From: Nemertoderma westbladi
Lineage: Eukaryota; Animalia; Xenacoelomorpha
NCBI GenBank assembly: GCA_032718475.1
Contig: JAUCBJ010005025.1
Span: 1 to 59,253, forward strand
Direction of reading: 5' to 3'
DNA: 59,253 nucleotides
The position numbers and the translations under genes are program-made. The notes under the pieces are model-generated. The model had not been told where the DNA came from, ran no database searches, and saw only the letters and a program-made list of their open reading frames with translations. This document shows, piece by piece, positions 35,901 through 45,182 of the stretch; position 1 is the first letter of the stretch; each line of letters opens with the position of its first letter.

Positions 35901-36727
35901 GCTTGTTCCGCTGTGTCCTTGGACACCAATCCGTCGTCCATATAGAAGTTTCTCAAGATGGACTCGATAACCTCTACTGGATACTTACCAATCTGGGCTG
36001 TTGCCGTTTTCTTTAGAACAAACAGCATGCCGTTTGGACTATCGCGGGCACCAAATATCCTTACGTACATCTGGTATGTAACCACTGGGCCGGATAAGTC
36101 TTCATTCTCATACCAGAGAAAGCGAAGGCTATCCTGGTCTGCCTTACAGGCTCTTACCTGGTGGAACATCGCCTCGATGTCACAAGTAAATGCGAATCGC
36201 CGCTGTCTAAAACGCAACAGTATACCTATCAAATAATTATTCAGGTTGGGACCATCCATCAACTCTGAATTCAGGGACATACCTCTATAGACTGCTGCGC
36301 AGTCGTTGACTACTCGGACTTTGTCAGGCTTGTCAGGGTGAGTCACATAGTGGTGTGGAAGGTAATAAGTCTGGTCTGTCACTAAGTCAGGGTCCTCTAC
36401 CTTCCCAGCAAATCCCTTAGCGAAATAGTTGTTGATCTGGGCGCAATACTTCTCCCTAATGTCCGGATTCTTCAACAACCGAGCCCTTACTCTGTTTAAT
36501 CTTTTCAAGGCCAAGTTGTAGTTGTTCTCCAACTTAGGTGGTTGTCGACGCCACAACATTCCAACTTCAAAATGTCCAGTCGGTAGTAGACGTATGGTAT
36601 CTTCCATCATCTCCAGCGACCGTTTCTCATCAGTGGACATGGCTAGGTCATATCCACCGGGTTCCATTGCGTCCCTATCCAGCCATTCGACGGTTCTGGC
36701 TCCTGTCTCGAGGTCCTGGCGTATCAA
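32969..36727 (-). CDS. pol: BEL/Pao Pol: reverse transcriptase, RNase H and integrase (integrase catalytic residues substituted)
   Basis: RT motifs YYLPHHYV, KVRVVND, CDIEAMFHQV, FYMDD. RNase H motifs LHLFSDAS, VPRAELQAA, WTDA, NPADITSRG. Integrase H..LHH..C..C, FTNTGVHCFGP, YSDKGTNFVG, PWRGGSWQRLV. PR-RT-RH-IN order. Confidence 0.93.
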   Translation of the reverse strand: MIRQDLETGARTVEWLDRDAMEPGGYDLAMSTDEKRSLEMMEDTIRLLPTGHFEVGMLWRRQPPKLENNYNLALKRLNRVRARLLKNPDIREKYCAQINNYFAKGFAGKVEDPDLVTDQTYYLPHHYVTHPDKPDKVRVVNDCAAVYRGMSLNSELMDGPNLNNYLIGILLRFRQRRFAFTCDIEAMFHQVRACKADQDSLRFLWYENEDLSGPVVTYQMYVRIFGARDSPNGMLFVLKKTATAQIGKYPVEVIESILRNFYMDDGLVSKDTAEQAIEVAHGLQECLATGGFPLTKFTTNSEALLESFPVKDRGSGDIELGVEPIPMARVLGLAWNPNTDKFQVRVRFEPSSPDKVLTKRICLSTLSRLFDPMNFISPVILQARACMRKIWLSDIEWDEPISPIHAKQWREWEAELHLLKNIDVPRSYFPNQLVFPADLELHLFSDASDTGFGMVAYLRREVSQDEFETAFVTSRSKTMPVKYMTVPRAELQAAVVSVEVSKQIIEELDTTLTLFYWTDASLVLVYIAADNIALKTFVANRRAQIVDFSTKEQWRHCPGVLNPADITSRGAMPAEFCQEESQEFWLHGPEFLTRTQEHWPERLKIVTNPMPEDAEVKVEKVSKSKSKAKFKSLERPEESLERPEESLERPGDLSDQQTYLTTRSGRVSYDVKPPLQTKPESQLVSDGQKMTDKMEPLVSKPAGLDSKLPLISGQPSLALEPCSIYDKLLNSSASWLTICKRTAWLSRYISYICLKHSEHLGERTSTNSERIRKLKQPLTEDEIDQAELKHLKHYQMCAFPKEFHLLSAQRPVLYKPLRKWSPLIHKGLICHRSRIQTVDINSQFRFPVIIPSHPIELQRAILWDIHKRLHHAGKLHCLSAARQRFILLQPSRAVGTMYDACLVCKRVNARVLEQEMAELPEARVQAYDPPFTNTGVHCFGPIEAKSGRLTHKRWGLLLTCIASRAIHIERVADMSTKSLLLALKRFMARRGLVKAFYSDKGTNFVGGNSELNAAHKAAQNKEISAALLPQRVEWRFNTPESPWRGGSWQRLVRSVKQAIAKTLPVNKQLTDDELVTAFIEIEHTLNSRPIAMLPDGVALTPNHLLMQSPAFLVPASEPISADLYSRKSWKMTQFIAYTFWEYWREYYLPTISTRTKWYKTVRSLQRGDYVLITEPIVKRKYWETGVILHTHPDVQNIVRTVTVKIRCKCPHPKKCKTNGLHTLDRLVQDIVLLEETRIETGDYNLSPASKQN

Positions 36728-36745
36728 TTCCTTCTGTAGCTCCTC

Positions 36746-38340
36746 CTAGCTGTATTGGAAAATGTCTAGGTCTCGATATTTAGCCACTCGACCCTCCACT
36801 ATGTCGGTATAAGTCAAAACGTTACTCAGATAGGTAGCGTGGGCCGCTGAACCAGACCCACGGGTCTGATAACAGTAGTCCTCGGGTTCACTATCTGTCC
36901 GGTCGTTGTGAAGTGGTTCTGACAACCTAACATTATCGGGAATCAACTCCTCGTCCGACTCGCTAAAGTCACTATAGTGGTCAATACAGGTTCTCCTAAA
37001 CTCGTCTATGTCTGGTGGTTCTACTAACGGTGGTTGAGTTATAGGCTGTAATTCGTCGTATCTGTCCATTGGCTTGTCGCCACCTGTAAACTCATAAGAC
37101 ATGGGTACTCGTGTATACCAACCTAGTATGGTCCTATGGGCATGTGGTCCATTGACATGCGGCTCAGCTGGTCTCGTTTCCCATATTTGGTGTGCGATCA
37201 GCTGTTCTGCACCAATCAACATAGAAACATTCCTATAACCTACCTGGTGTCTGGGTATTCTGAGCTTGTCAAAATACTCATGTGCTATGGGACTCATCGG
37301 CGGCACCTTACCTAACTGCCTGCCAAATCCCTTCATAGCTAGACACTTAAATCCGTCCAATGGCAAAGCTTTCCGTTCTTTTCGAGTATGTTGGTCTCTT
37401 GGAAGTAGGGAGTCTAGTTCCACCGAAATTATGTGTCCCTTGAGGTCACCTACCCCGTGCATAGACTTCAACTCTATTTGGATCTCCTCGGCGTCCTGGA
37501 AGCTAGAAACGGCTCTCGCCACTTCCTCGTCGATATAAGATAATGTGGACGCAGTGTCCAACATGACATATATTCTCTTCAATCCCTTATCGCCAGTAAG
37601 TTTCACCGGAATCACGCTAAATATTTCCGACGTGGCCGATGATAAATACGTCCGCGCGCTGGTCGATGAACTATCCGCGGTGAAACCTTGGCAGGTCACC
37701 TCTCTCGCGCTCGACTCGCCATCCTCATCCAACGAACCTGGTTGGTAACCATCGTCCTGGATGCCAGTGTACGTATTTCTTCTTATCGATACGGGTTCTT
37801 TGCTCCCCTTCCTGTGAGGATTTCGCTGTAAGTAACGGTCCGTTGGGGTGTGGAAATCCGCATGTAGCAACTTGTGATGTAGTCTGTTGCATTCCATGCA
37901 TCCATCCTTGCTGTTCGGGCACTGCCGCCGTACATGACCTGGCGCAAGACATGCCCAACAGGTGTCCAACGTCCGCACTTGAACTCTTCTCTGTTCCGAA
38001 TTTAATTCCTTGAACCGTCTGCAACTATCTAACTTATGGTCGTCAGATCTTACCTCCTTTAGTAAACAGTATTGGCAACCTACAAATCCATCCGGCAACT
38101 CCTGTTGCTTTAACCTAGGTCTATCTAACCGCTCACCTGACCATACTACATTATTTCTAGAACGCCTTGGCCGTGAACTTATTAGGCCATTTATGATGGC
38201 CAGATCCACTATGCCACGGACACAAGCCGCTATTGATATCATTAACGTCGCCTATGCCCAAGAAGATGAGAGAACTTCCGGAAACTCAACGTCATACTCC
38301 TCCATTTCTGAATGCAACCACGACCACAAGAATGAATTTG
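36746..38340 (-). pseudogene. gag: BEL/Pao Gag C-terminus and protease of the outer element (5'-truncated)
   Basis: CQYC..H..C, CWACLAPGHVRRQC, CMECNRLHHKLLH and VMLDTAS. In frame with pol through one TAG at 36746-36748. Another TAG lies just upstream of 38242. Confidence 0.88.
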
Positions 38341-38430
38341 GTTAAGTAGCGTAAGATTATTAAAGTACCGGTATTACTGTATTGGCCTACAGTGTATTGA
38401 AAATTTCTGAAGTTGGGAGAAATCAAGAAG

Positions 38431-38960
38431 ATGTCGTCAAGCTAATCTACTACTCGTAAACAGGACATTATTAACGAACTTTCTGCACACGGTCTCCCTA
38501 CAACCGGCAACAAGGAAATGTTAACCAACCGATTGGTACTTGCGTCGATGAATCCAAACTCCCAAACATCGGGAGCAAGGAATAACCGGCGAGTTTCACC
38601 TGTCTGCGAGGAAGATGATGCGCCAGCCGACTCGAAAGGACAGTTTATGGCTCAAATGATGGAGATTCGCGCGGAATGAAAATGGACTTGGATGAAGTCA
38701 AAAGCCACACATTAAAGATCGAACTGTTACAGAAAGAAAACGAAAAACTACACGCCGAAGAATCGGGTCTACGAAAAGATAATGAAATTCTTAGGCAAAC
38801 AGTCGAAAATCACCAACGCTTTTTTGATACGATAGATAACAAGCGGCGCGCTAAATAAATAGTAATCCACGGAATCCCTGAATGCGAAGATTTTATGGCC
38901 GCCACCAATGATAATTGTAAGGTTGATGCTCTACTCCGCAGTCTAGGGTGCAATAACGAG
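38431..38960 (+). pseudogene. LINE ORF1-like remnant with N-terminal SAP-like domain and coiled coil
   Basis: Manual translation from ATG 38431 gives MSSS*STTRKQDIINELSAHGLPTTGNKEMLTNRL (SAP pattern). A frameshift leads into the coiled coil 38676-38858, then DNKRRAK*IVIHGIPE, matching the RRxNI.I.GIPE motif of LINE ORF1p. Confidence 0.6.
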
Positions 38961-38969
38961 ACAATGAGC

Positions 38970-39400
38970 GCAGGGCTTAGGGTGGGGCTCAATCTGAACA
39001 CTATGTACTACTTCGGAGAGGAGTTCTGCGAGAAGAAGGTCATGGATGGCATTTTGGTGTACGGTGGGAGATCCACCATTGGGGCAGTGGAGACATTGTA
39101 TGATGGTAAATGATGCATCACAGATGCAAATGGTAGGTAACCGTTGAGGTGACAACCCATACCTAAATAAGGACTACCCCAGAAGGCAGTTTTGTGAAGA
39201 GACATGCCATGTTTTGTAATTGGTAGGGAAATCAGCCACAATGAAGCACCATTCTCCTTTACTAGAGATCGGTGATATCGTGCGTTCTCATCAAGATTGG
39301 AGTCTCGTGAGGTGCATTTCCCCTTCAGTCTAATCTTTGCTTCAAAATCAAACTCTCTAAGTAGGACATTCTGTATTACCCGTGGCGGAGTATCCATTTA
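38970..39400 (-). mobile_element. CRE-like (restriction-like endonuclease) non-LTR retrotransposon fragment
   Basis: ENGASLWLISLPITKHGMSLHKTAF, then in another frame LPTICICDASFTIIQCLHCPNGGSPTVHQNAIHDLL.ELLSEV..VQIEPH, a decayed CCHC/REL-proximal motif. Confidence 0.65.
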
Positions 39401-40874
39401 AGGCTTGAAGAGGCTCACTCAACTTCTTCGAATTCTCATACTAAATGTTATAGTGAGCGGGTTGCATGAGAGGTAGACCACCCTCGCATACTGGGAGACA
39501 TTGAAGTGCACTCAGCTTCACCAAGGGGGACCTGCCTGTAATAGCAGGTATCAACAAATAAGTTTATCGGGTCCTCATGACGCCTAGTGTCACCAGGGTT
39601 CGAATCCTTTTCAAACTCGCACCAAGCTGACCGGTGCCGCTTGGTCGGTCCCTTGCGTGTACCTCTCGCGCCTCGCAATCCCTTTTGGGGTTGGTCCTAA
39701 GGCAAGTCAAGTGGCTTAGCTCGGGTGTTGGCTGGCAATGTCCCTTTCTCCCACGCTCTGCCTAGTGTCAATGTAACCCGAATCCAGTGCTATGCCAACC
39801 AGGTCCCTGCCTCTTCATGAAGACTAGTGTCAGCCTAGCCCGAATCTTTTTCAGGCTCATGCTAGGCTGACCAGCGCCACTCAGGCATTTGTCCTTTGGC
39901 ATCCAGGAACTCTACCTGGTGCCAGATTGTATTTGAATTCTGGGAATCTGGGCCCCTTTAAAAGCATGATAAGTGACGGTTTTGTGTTTAGTCATCATTA
40001 AAAACCGCCATAACTTAATTAATTTTAACTTTTTACCCTTCCAGTTTTTTGCTCATGGGGCCCGGGACTTTTCGGATTATTCATTTATTAGAGTTTATGA
40101 ATTTCATATATACCTGGCACCGGCAATGAAAATAACGCGAACGCCATACAACTGGAAGTTATTCTTGGCAGAAAGTTCACCTTTGGTTGAAAACCTATAA
40201 CCATACAACTATAGGCTGATTGTGGGGCAGTAAGAGCGAAGTAATACAAAAAACTTCTTAATTATAATTGTCCCTTTAAAGGTGATACCCTTTTTGCAGG
40301 TATATTTGGAACCAAATGAAGGAACCCAGCACCTGGTGGCCATCAGTGATTTTTACACCTGTACCATTGCATAATTCCACCGCCTTGTCCCGCTTTTGTC
40401 CTTGGTGATCAGGTATGAATTTGTGCCATTTGGATAATAACCGTATCTACATCTAATACTACAGATGTGGTGCCAAAAATCCCATAGGTATGTTATACTT
40501 CCCACTATGTTACCATCATCTATGTTACTATCTTACCACTTATGCAGTGACTCTCTGTTCCAGGACGTTCTCAATCTACCGCATCCATTTCAACTAATCC
40601 CTTAGGTGGTAGTGGTTCGGAAATATAACGTTCATCTGATTCCTGAGGCTGCACTCTGTTGGGAAAGTTTGTTTCATCTGGCCCCAGCGAATGCACTGGT
40701 TATTGAATGTTACTTTCAACCGAACTCCAAGGCTTCAGTGGTACACAGAGATATATAGATTAGTTTTCATAAGAATTGGAACTAGCAGTTTGTGTGAAAC
40801 CTAAACTGGATCCATTGATCAAATCACATTGGTATTCTTTCCACCCACTGCCTTTAGCATTGCCAGTGTTCCAA

Positions 40875-40935
40875 TGCCATACATAGATAGCCATGGCCAA
40901 AGGGTCCCCGGTCCCCTTGCGTGGTTTGTAAGAAT
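40875..40935 (-). mobile_element. Tiny RT remnant, probably of the same CRE-like family
   Basis: KGTGDPLAMAIY resembles the RT motif GxxQGDPLAM. Confidence 0.35.
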
Positions 40936-42055
40936 GACTGCGAGAGAAGGACATATGGTCTGATTGGCCACTTCATTTATTGTCTGTAGCAAGAATTTAT
41001 TACGATCACAAGTTAATACAATATACTTCAATCCCTGCCCTGCCTAAATTAAAGTTGGCATTTACAAGTTGCAAATACGTTTAATAGCTAATAGGAAATA
41101 TAATTTTAACTGTTTTGAAATAGTCTATAATTGTAATTATTAGCATATTAAATATTGCACTACATACATATGTATGAACAATTAACATCCATGCAGGAAG
41201 ATTATCAACCAATAAATTCGAAATCACAGTTAGATTGGTAAGATAACATTAAGAGAAGAAGGAAAGTATATTTAATATTAAGTGATGATTTACGCACATA
41301 AATCATCTCCTGGAATATACCGGTAGCTAATTTATCTGCAAATGGAAATGTGACGCATGAAATTTGAAATAGATATAGTAGTTATGTACAGTACCCCCAT
41401 TGATTATATGGCTAAAAAAAATTAAAATGCTATGTTGGTAGGATTCCAAATATCTGAAATTCGTTAATGAATAGCTAATATATGGGCGTTCGAAAGTTGT
41501 ATTTTTCGCATCTGCGCAAGGCTATTTTCTTAAATTATGTGGGGGAGTTTTTACCTCCAGTCTGGGTAAAAATATACATAATTAATATAAATTACGAACC
41601 ACAATGTCCATTAAAAATAGTTATGCAAAATAAGTTAAAGCCAGAAGAAGAGATTAAATTTTATAATTGTACACATGTAGAATGTAAGTCCACTTCTCCA
41701 GTGGTACCAACAATCCACTATTTATTTATGCTCATTTCATTTCATTATCCAGACTTAACGCAACTGGAGACTATATTTGTATAAAAGGTTGCTAATAATA
41801 AAAATTATAGGTTATCACTTGTATGTAATCAATATGTATGCTGCACGTACAGAAACAATATAAACAAACAAAGTACTATGTCACTAGTATATATATTAAA
41901 TTATTGCAAAATACGGAAAGTTATTGAATATTTATTAGTAATAATGTTTACTGCACACCCAAAATTAGTCAGTCCATTCCCTTTTATTTCTTTAAGATGG
42001 TAGAATAACTACAAAGTTAAATTGACGTATGTCACCGATTTAAACAAAGTAAATA

Positions 42056-42339
42056 GGGACTTCGCGCAGCACGTAAGTACAGATGGGCCTTTACGTAATG
42101 GTACAATTAGTGGACTTAGTCATTCGCCCCCTACCGGACGATTGATGAAATATAGACATCTGTCTGTGTGTAGAATTTCGAAATTTTTATAGACTACATG
42201 AGTACCAAGTTTGGTTCATTTTCTTCAAAGATTGACCGAATTATTAGCGTTCAAAGATTTCCACAAAAGATGACGACGACAGACGGGTCCACTAATTATT
42301 CCCCTACGCTAAGGCTCACTTGGACTTACGTGGCACTAG
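42056..42339 (+). mobile_element. Short diverged copy of the Helentron/HINE-like element
   Basis: Shares CTTCGCGCAGCACG, GTACCAAGTTTGG..TCAAAGATTG.CCGA.TTATTA.CGTT and CTACGCTAAGGCTCACT with 49339-50966, but lacks the ~1.3-kb interior. Confidence 0.6.
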
Positions 42340-43300
42340 ATGGTAAGTATACATGTATGGGACACTCGCATATGCATATTGAATCTAATTTGAGGAAAAT
42401 ACATTGAATAATACATAAAATAAAGGGAATTAAAAGTTTATTTTAGATTAATTAGTAGTTTTATTCCAAACTTAAACATTACGAAATGACTGCGAATTAA
42501 AAATTGCAATGCATTACTTTGTAGTGAAAGTGTACTAGTTTGTGGAGGATTTTCTTAAATTATATAATGCTCATTGATAGAGGTTGAAGAAGTATTAGTT
42601 TCATTGAAAAATTAAGATTTTGAACTTGTAGTCTTTCTTACAAGTAGCAGTGTGCCATATTAAGTACGCCCACATTATTAATATTAATATTAGCAATGAT
42701 GTTAGCAATCTATTTCTTGTGTCGATCAAGGACTTAAGTAGAATAATTAAAATTTTTTAAAACACTGCAATTTCAATATCAATGCTTAACTAAGTAATGT
42801 TGAAAGTTTGTAATAAATTGATAATAATTACTGTTGTACATTAATTAAGTAGACACATCGACCATAGAATACCAAAAATAGGAATGTTTTAAAGTAACTA
42901 GACACGTGCCTTATGTTATGTTATGTTATGTTATGTATAACTAACTCTATGTGGTATTATTATTAGCTGCATGAAAAAAATAACTCTAATAAATTACCGT
43001 TGTGGGACATCATTCATAGGAAGTCTGTGAACCTTATCAAAAAGGTTTTACAAACATTGAGCCAAACGGACAGACAGACAGGCGACAGGCAATGCCGATT
43101 TGGCCCGCAATACAGTCTGTATGCTGCTATTGCTCACAAACTTCCTCACCCTCAACCCTCCTTTCCCATAGCAATAACAGCGTGGACAATGTCACATTGT
43201 ATGTATGCCCACACACATAACAAACAACAACAAAATAGAAAGAAAAACACCTTTTTTTGGTATTCTAATTATAATATAAATATGGATAATTTAGTATTCC

Positions 43301-43772
43301 ATGCATCGGTTCTAGGACAGTTGGGCCAAAAATTAACCACAACCGGGGATATCACACTTCAGGCGCCACTTTTTCACAGTTCTCGAGGACCACGCAGGTT
43401 CAAGAGTGGCGGCCCAAACCATAATTAAGGCCAATAGCAAAAATTCCGAATTTACACAAAATTTCTTAGATTAGAGCCTCATGACAGGGTTAGGGTTAAA
43501 TTACTGCTTTAATTATGGTTTGTGCCTGACCAACAAACCCTAACCTAAAAAACAAACCAATATCCCAGACAGTACCTACAAAACACACCAAAAACCAAGC
43601 CATAAAGTCAGCCAAGTAAAATAACACTGTATGTTTTCCATATAAAAAGTGGCGCCTGTTGTGTGAAAGAGCCGTACCGGTTGACATTTGGCCTAGATGT
43701 GTAACACACTTGGGTTCTTGGTTAATTGTTGTCCCAAATGTGGTTGGCCCAACTGTCCGATCACGGATGCAT
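43301..43772. mobile_element. MITE with ~29-bp imperfect TIRs
   Basis: ATGCATCGGTTCTAGGACAGTTGGGCCAA versus TTGGCCCAACTGTCCGATCACGGATGCAT. Internal inverted CAGGCGCCACTTTT / AAAAGTGGCGCCTG and GGGTTAGGGTT / AACCCTAACC. Confidence 0.7.
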
Positions 43773-43786
43773 CAGCCCAAATTGGG

Positions 43787-44152
43787 TTAATTAATGCAAT
43801 CATACAATGGCGGCGGCCTAGCTTTGTTTAGCGGAACTATAACTTTGCCTTCATTGAAAACAATAACTGATATTTGTGAATCTTCACTTGAAGTGGTACT
43901 GACGACTTCCGATGGTAAAGGTGAAACAGCTGGTATATTGTAGCCTCCAAACTTATTGGGTGGGTCGATGGATGCGGGAACTCTTACTGTGATTGGGGGT
44001 CCTCCTAATGGTTTCCTTAGTTTCCATAGCATGTATGTAATAAATATGAGCATTACTAATAAACCACCTCCAAATAAAAAAGCACCGATTATGGTCGTGA
44101 TGGTACTGCTCGATGAATATTTCATCCTGTAATAAAAGGTGGGAGGCGGCAT
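43787..44152 (-). CDS. Small single-pass membrane protein with C-terminal PPxY motif, paralog 3 (121 aa)
   Basis: YSSSSTIT, TM-like IIGAFLFGGGLLVMLIFITYMLW, then KLRK, then the conserved tail ending KARPPPLYDCIN. Confidence 0.8.
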   Translation of the reverse strand: MPPPTFYYRMKYSSSSTITTIIGAFLFGGGLLVMLIFITYMLWKLRKPLGGPPITVRVPASIDPPNKFGGYNIPAVSPLPSEVVSTTSSEDSQISVIVFNEGKVIVPLNKARPPPLYDCIN

Positions 44153-44662
44153 TTCTAAAGTTCCGAATAGTTAGTTAGTTGTTTACAATTCAGTATGCTC
44201 TTCAAACGATCCCCACAACAACACTGTGAGATACATGAATACAACAATTAATACAGCGAATATACTAAGGACAATTATTGTTATAGATCTTGATGGAGGC
44301 GTATCCTTACGCGGCATGTTTTGTTTACAACTTAGTTAAAGGATTCAAGTAAATTTGGTTAACTAAACTAGTATTAATTTCATAGCAAACTTACAATCTA
44401 CAGATAGTTCACCACAACGGTATTTTTTTGGCTTGTATTTCGAACAACAGTAAAGTACATTATATTTCTCCCACCCATGAACTATGCATCATAATGTGAG
44501 TGACTATGGCACGGACGCATTTATTAAAATAAGAAATGACATTAATAAATTACGCATGTAACTAACTACGTAGTTTGTAACCATTCTAACTAAGAACCTA
44601 ACTAAGAACTAAGAATCCCCTACCTCCCTGGTTTGAAATGTATCAACCAATCATCATGTTAA

Positions 44663-45182
44663 GTTGTTAATTACTGAATGGGACGATGGATGAATAAACA
44701 GCAACAAACCATCGGGATGCAAGCAATAAATCGAGCTCAAATCAGTTTCAGTACACCCACCTTGGTAAAGTGATAGTTTATTGTTTTGGTTAGAAAAGCC
44801 TGCCTCTGTAACCTGCTCCTTTCCCTCAATTGGTACAGTGGCCGTTTATTGTTTTGGTTAGAAAAGCCCGCCTCGGTAACCTGCTCCTTTCCCCAAGAAT
44901 GTACTGTCTATAAGTATCCTTTTCAAGTAGAATTTTACTGTTGTGTTTTGGTCCTGTCAGTGTACTGCCTTTTGCATACACTTTTTACAGTAGGCTAGGC
45001 CTTTCTGTATCTAGTGTCACGCACGAGGAAGTGCGTCTGACGAGGCCTGATGCTAGCCCCTACGCTCGGTGCTGGTATTGCTCGATTTATTGCTTGCATC
45101 CCGATGGTTTGTTGCTTTTTATTCATCCATCATCCCATTCAGTAATTAACAACTATTCTGTAAAATAGATGTCAAACATAAC
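44663..45182. mobile_element. Penelope-like retroelement fragment with inverted terminal segment and 13-bp TSD
   Basis: ATCATCATGTTAA at 44650-44662 and 45183-45195. 75-bp inverted repeat at 44662-44736 / 45080-45154. Internal ~55-bp direct duplication. Hammerhead-like fold at 45010-45069. Confidence 0.55.

Larger units (their letters stand above)
15582..38343 (-). mobile_element. Outer BEL/Pao LTR retrotransposon (5'-truncated, interrupted by the nested element at 20066-32530)
   Basis: On the minus strand: Gag zinc knuckles and protease (36746-38340), RT-RNase H-integrase (32969-36727), sequence resuming across the ACAGG duplication, a degenerate extra ORF, then PPT-like GGAGCGG followed by TGTTAC at 17830. 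The left boundary is uncertain and no 5' LTR is visible. Confidence 0.7.

Noticed and set aside
36746-36748. Programmed readthrough of the TAG between gag-protease and pol
   Set aside because: BEL/Pao elements normally have one continuous ORF, this copy has other lesions, and no downstream pseudoknot was evident. A nonsense mutation is the simpler explanation.
33015-38345. Many short plus-strand ORFs over the outer element
   Set aside because: Antisense shadows of gag-pol.
39596-39607. tRNA gene suggested by GGTTCGAATCC
   Set aside because: No A box, acceptor stem or cloverleaf could be built around it.
43487-43546. Telomeric TTAGGG / CCCTAA repeats
   Set aside because: Only about two units each, inside a MITE. 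Not an interstitial telomere array.
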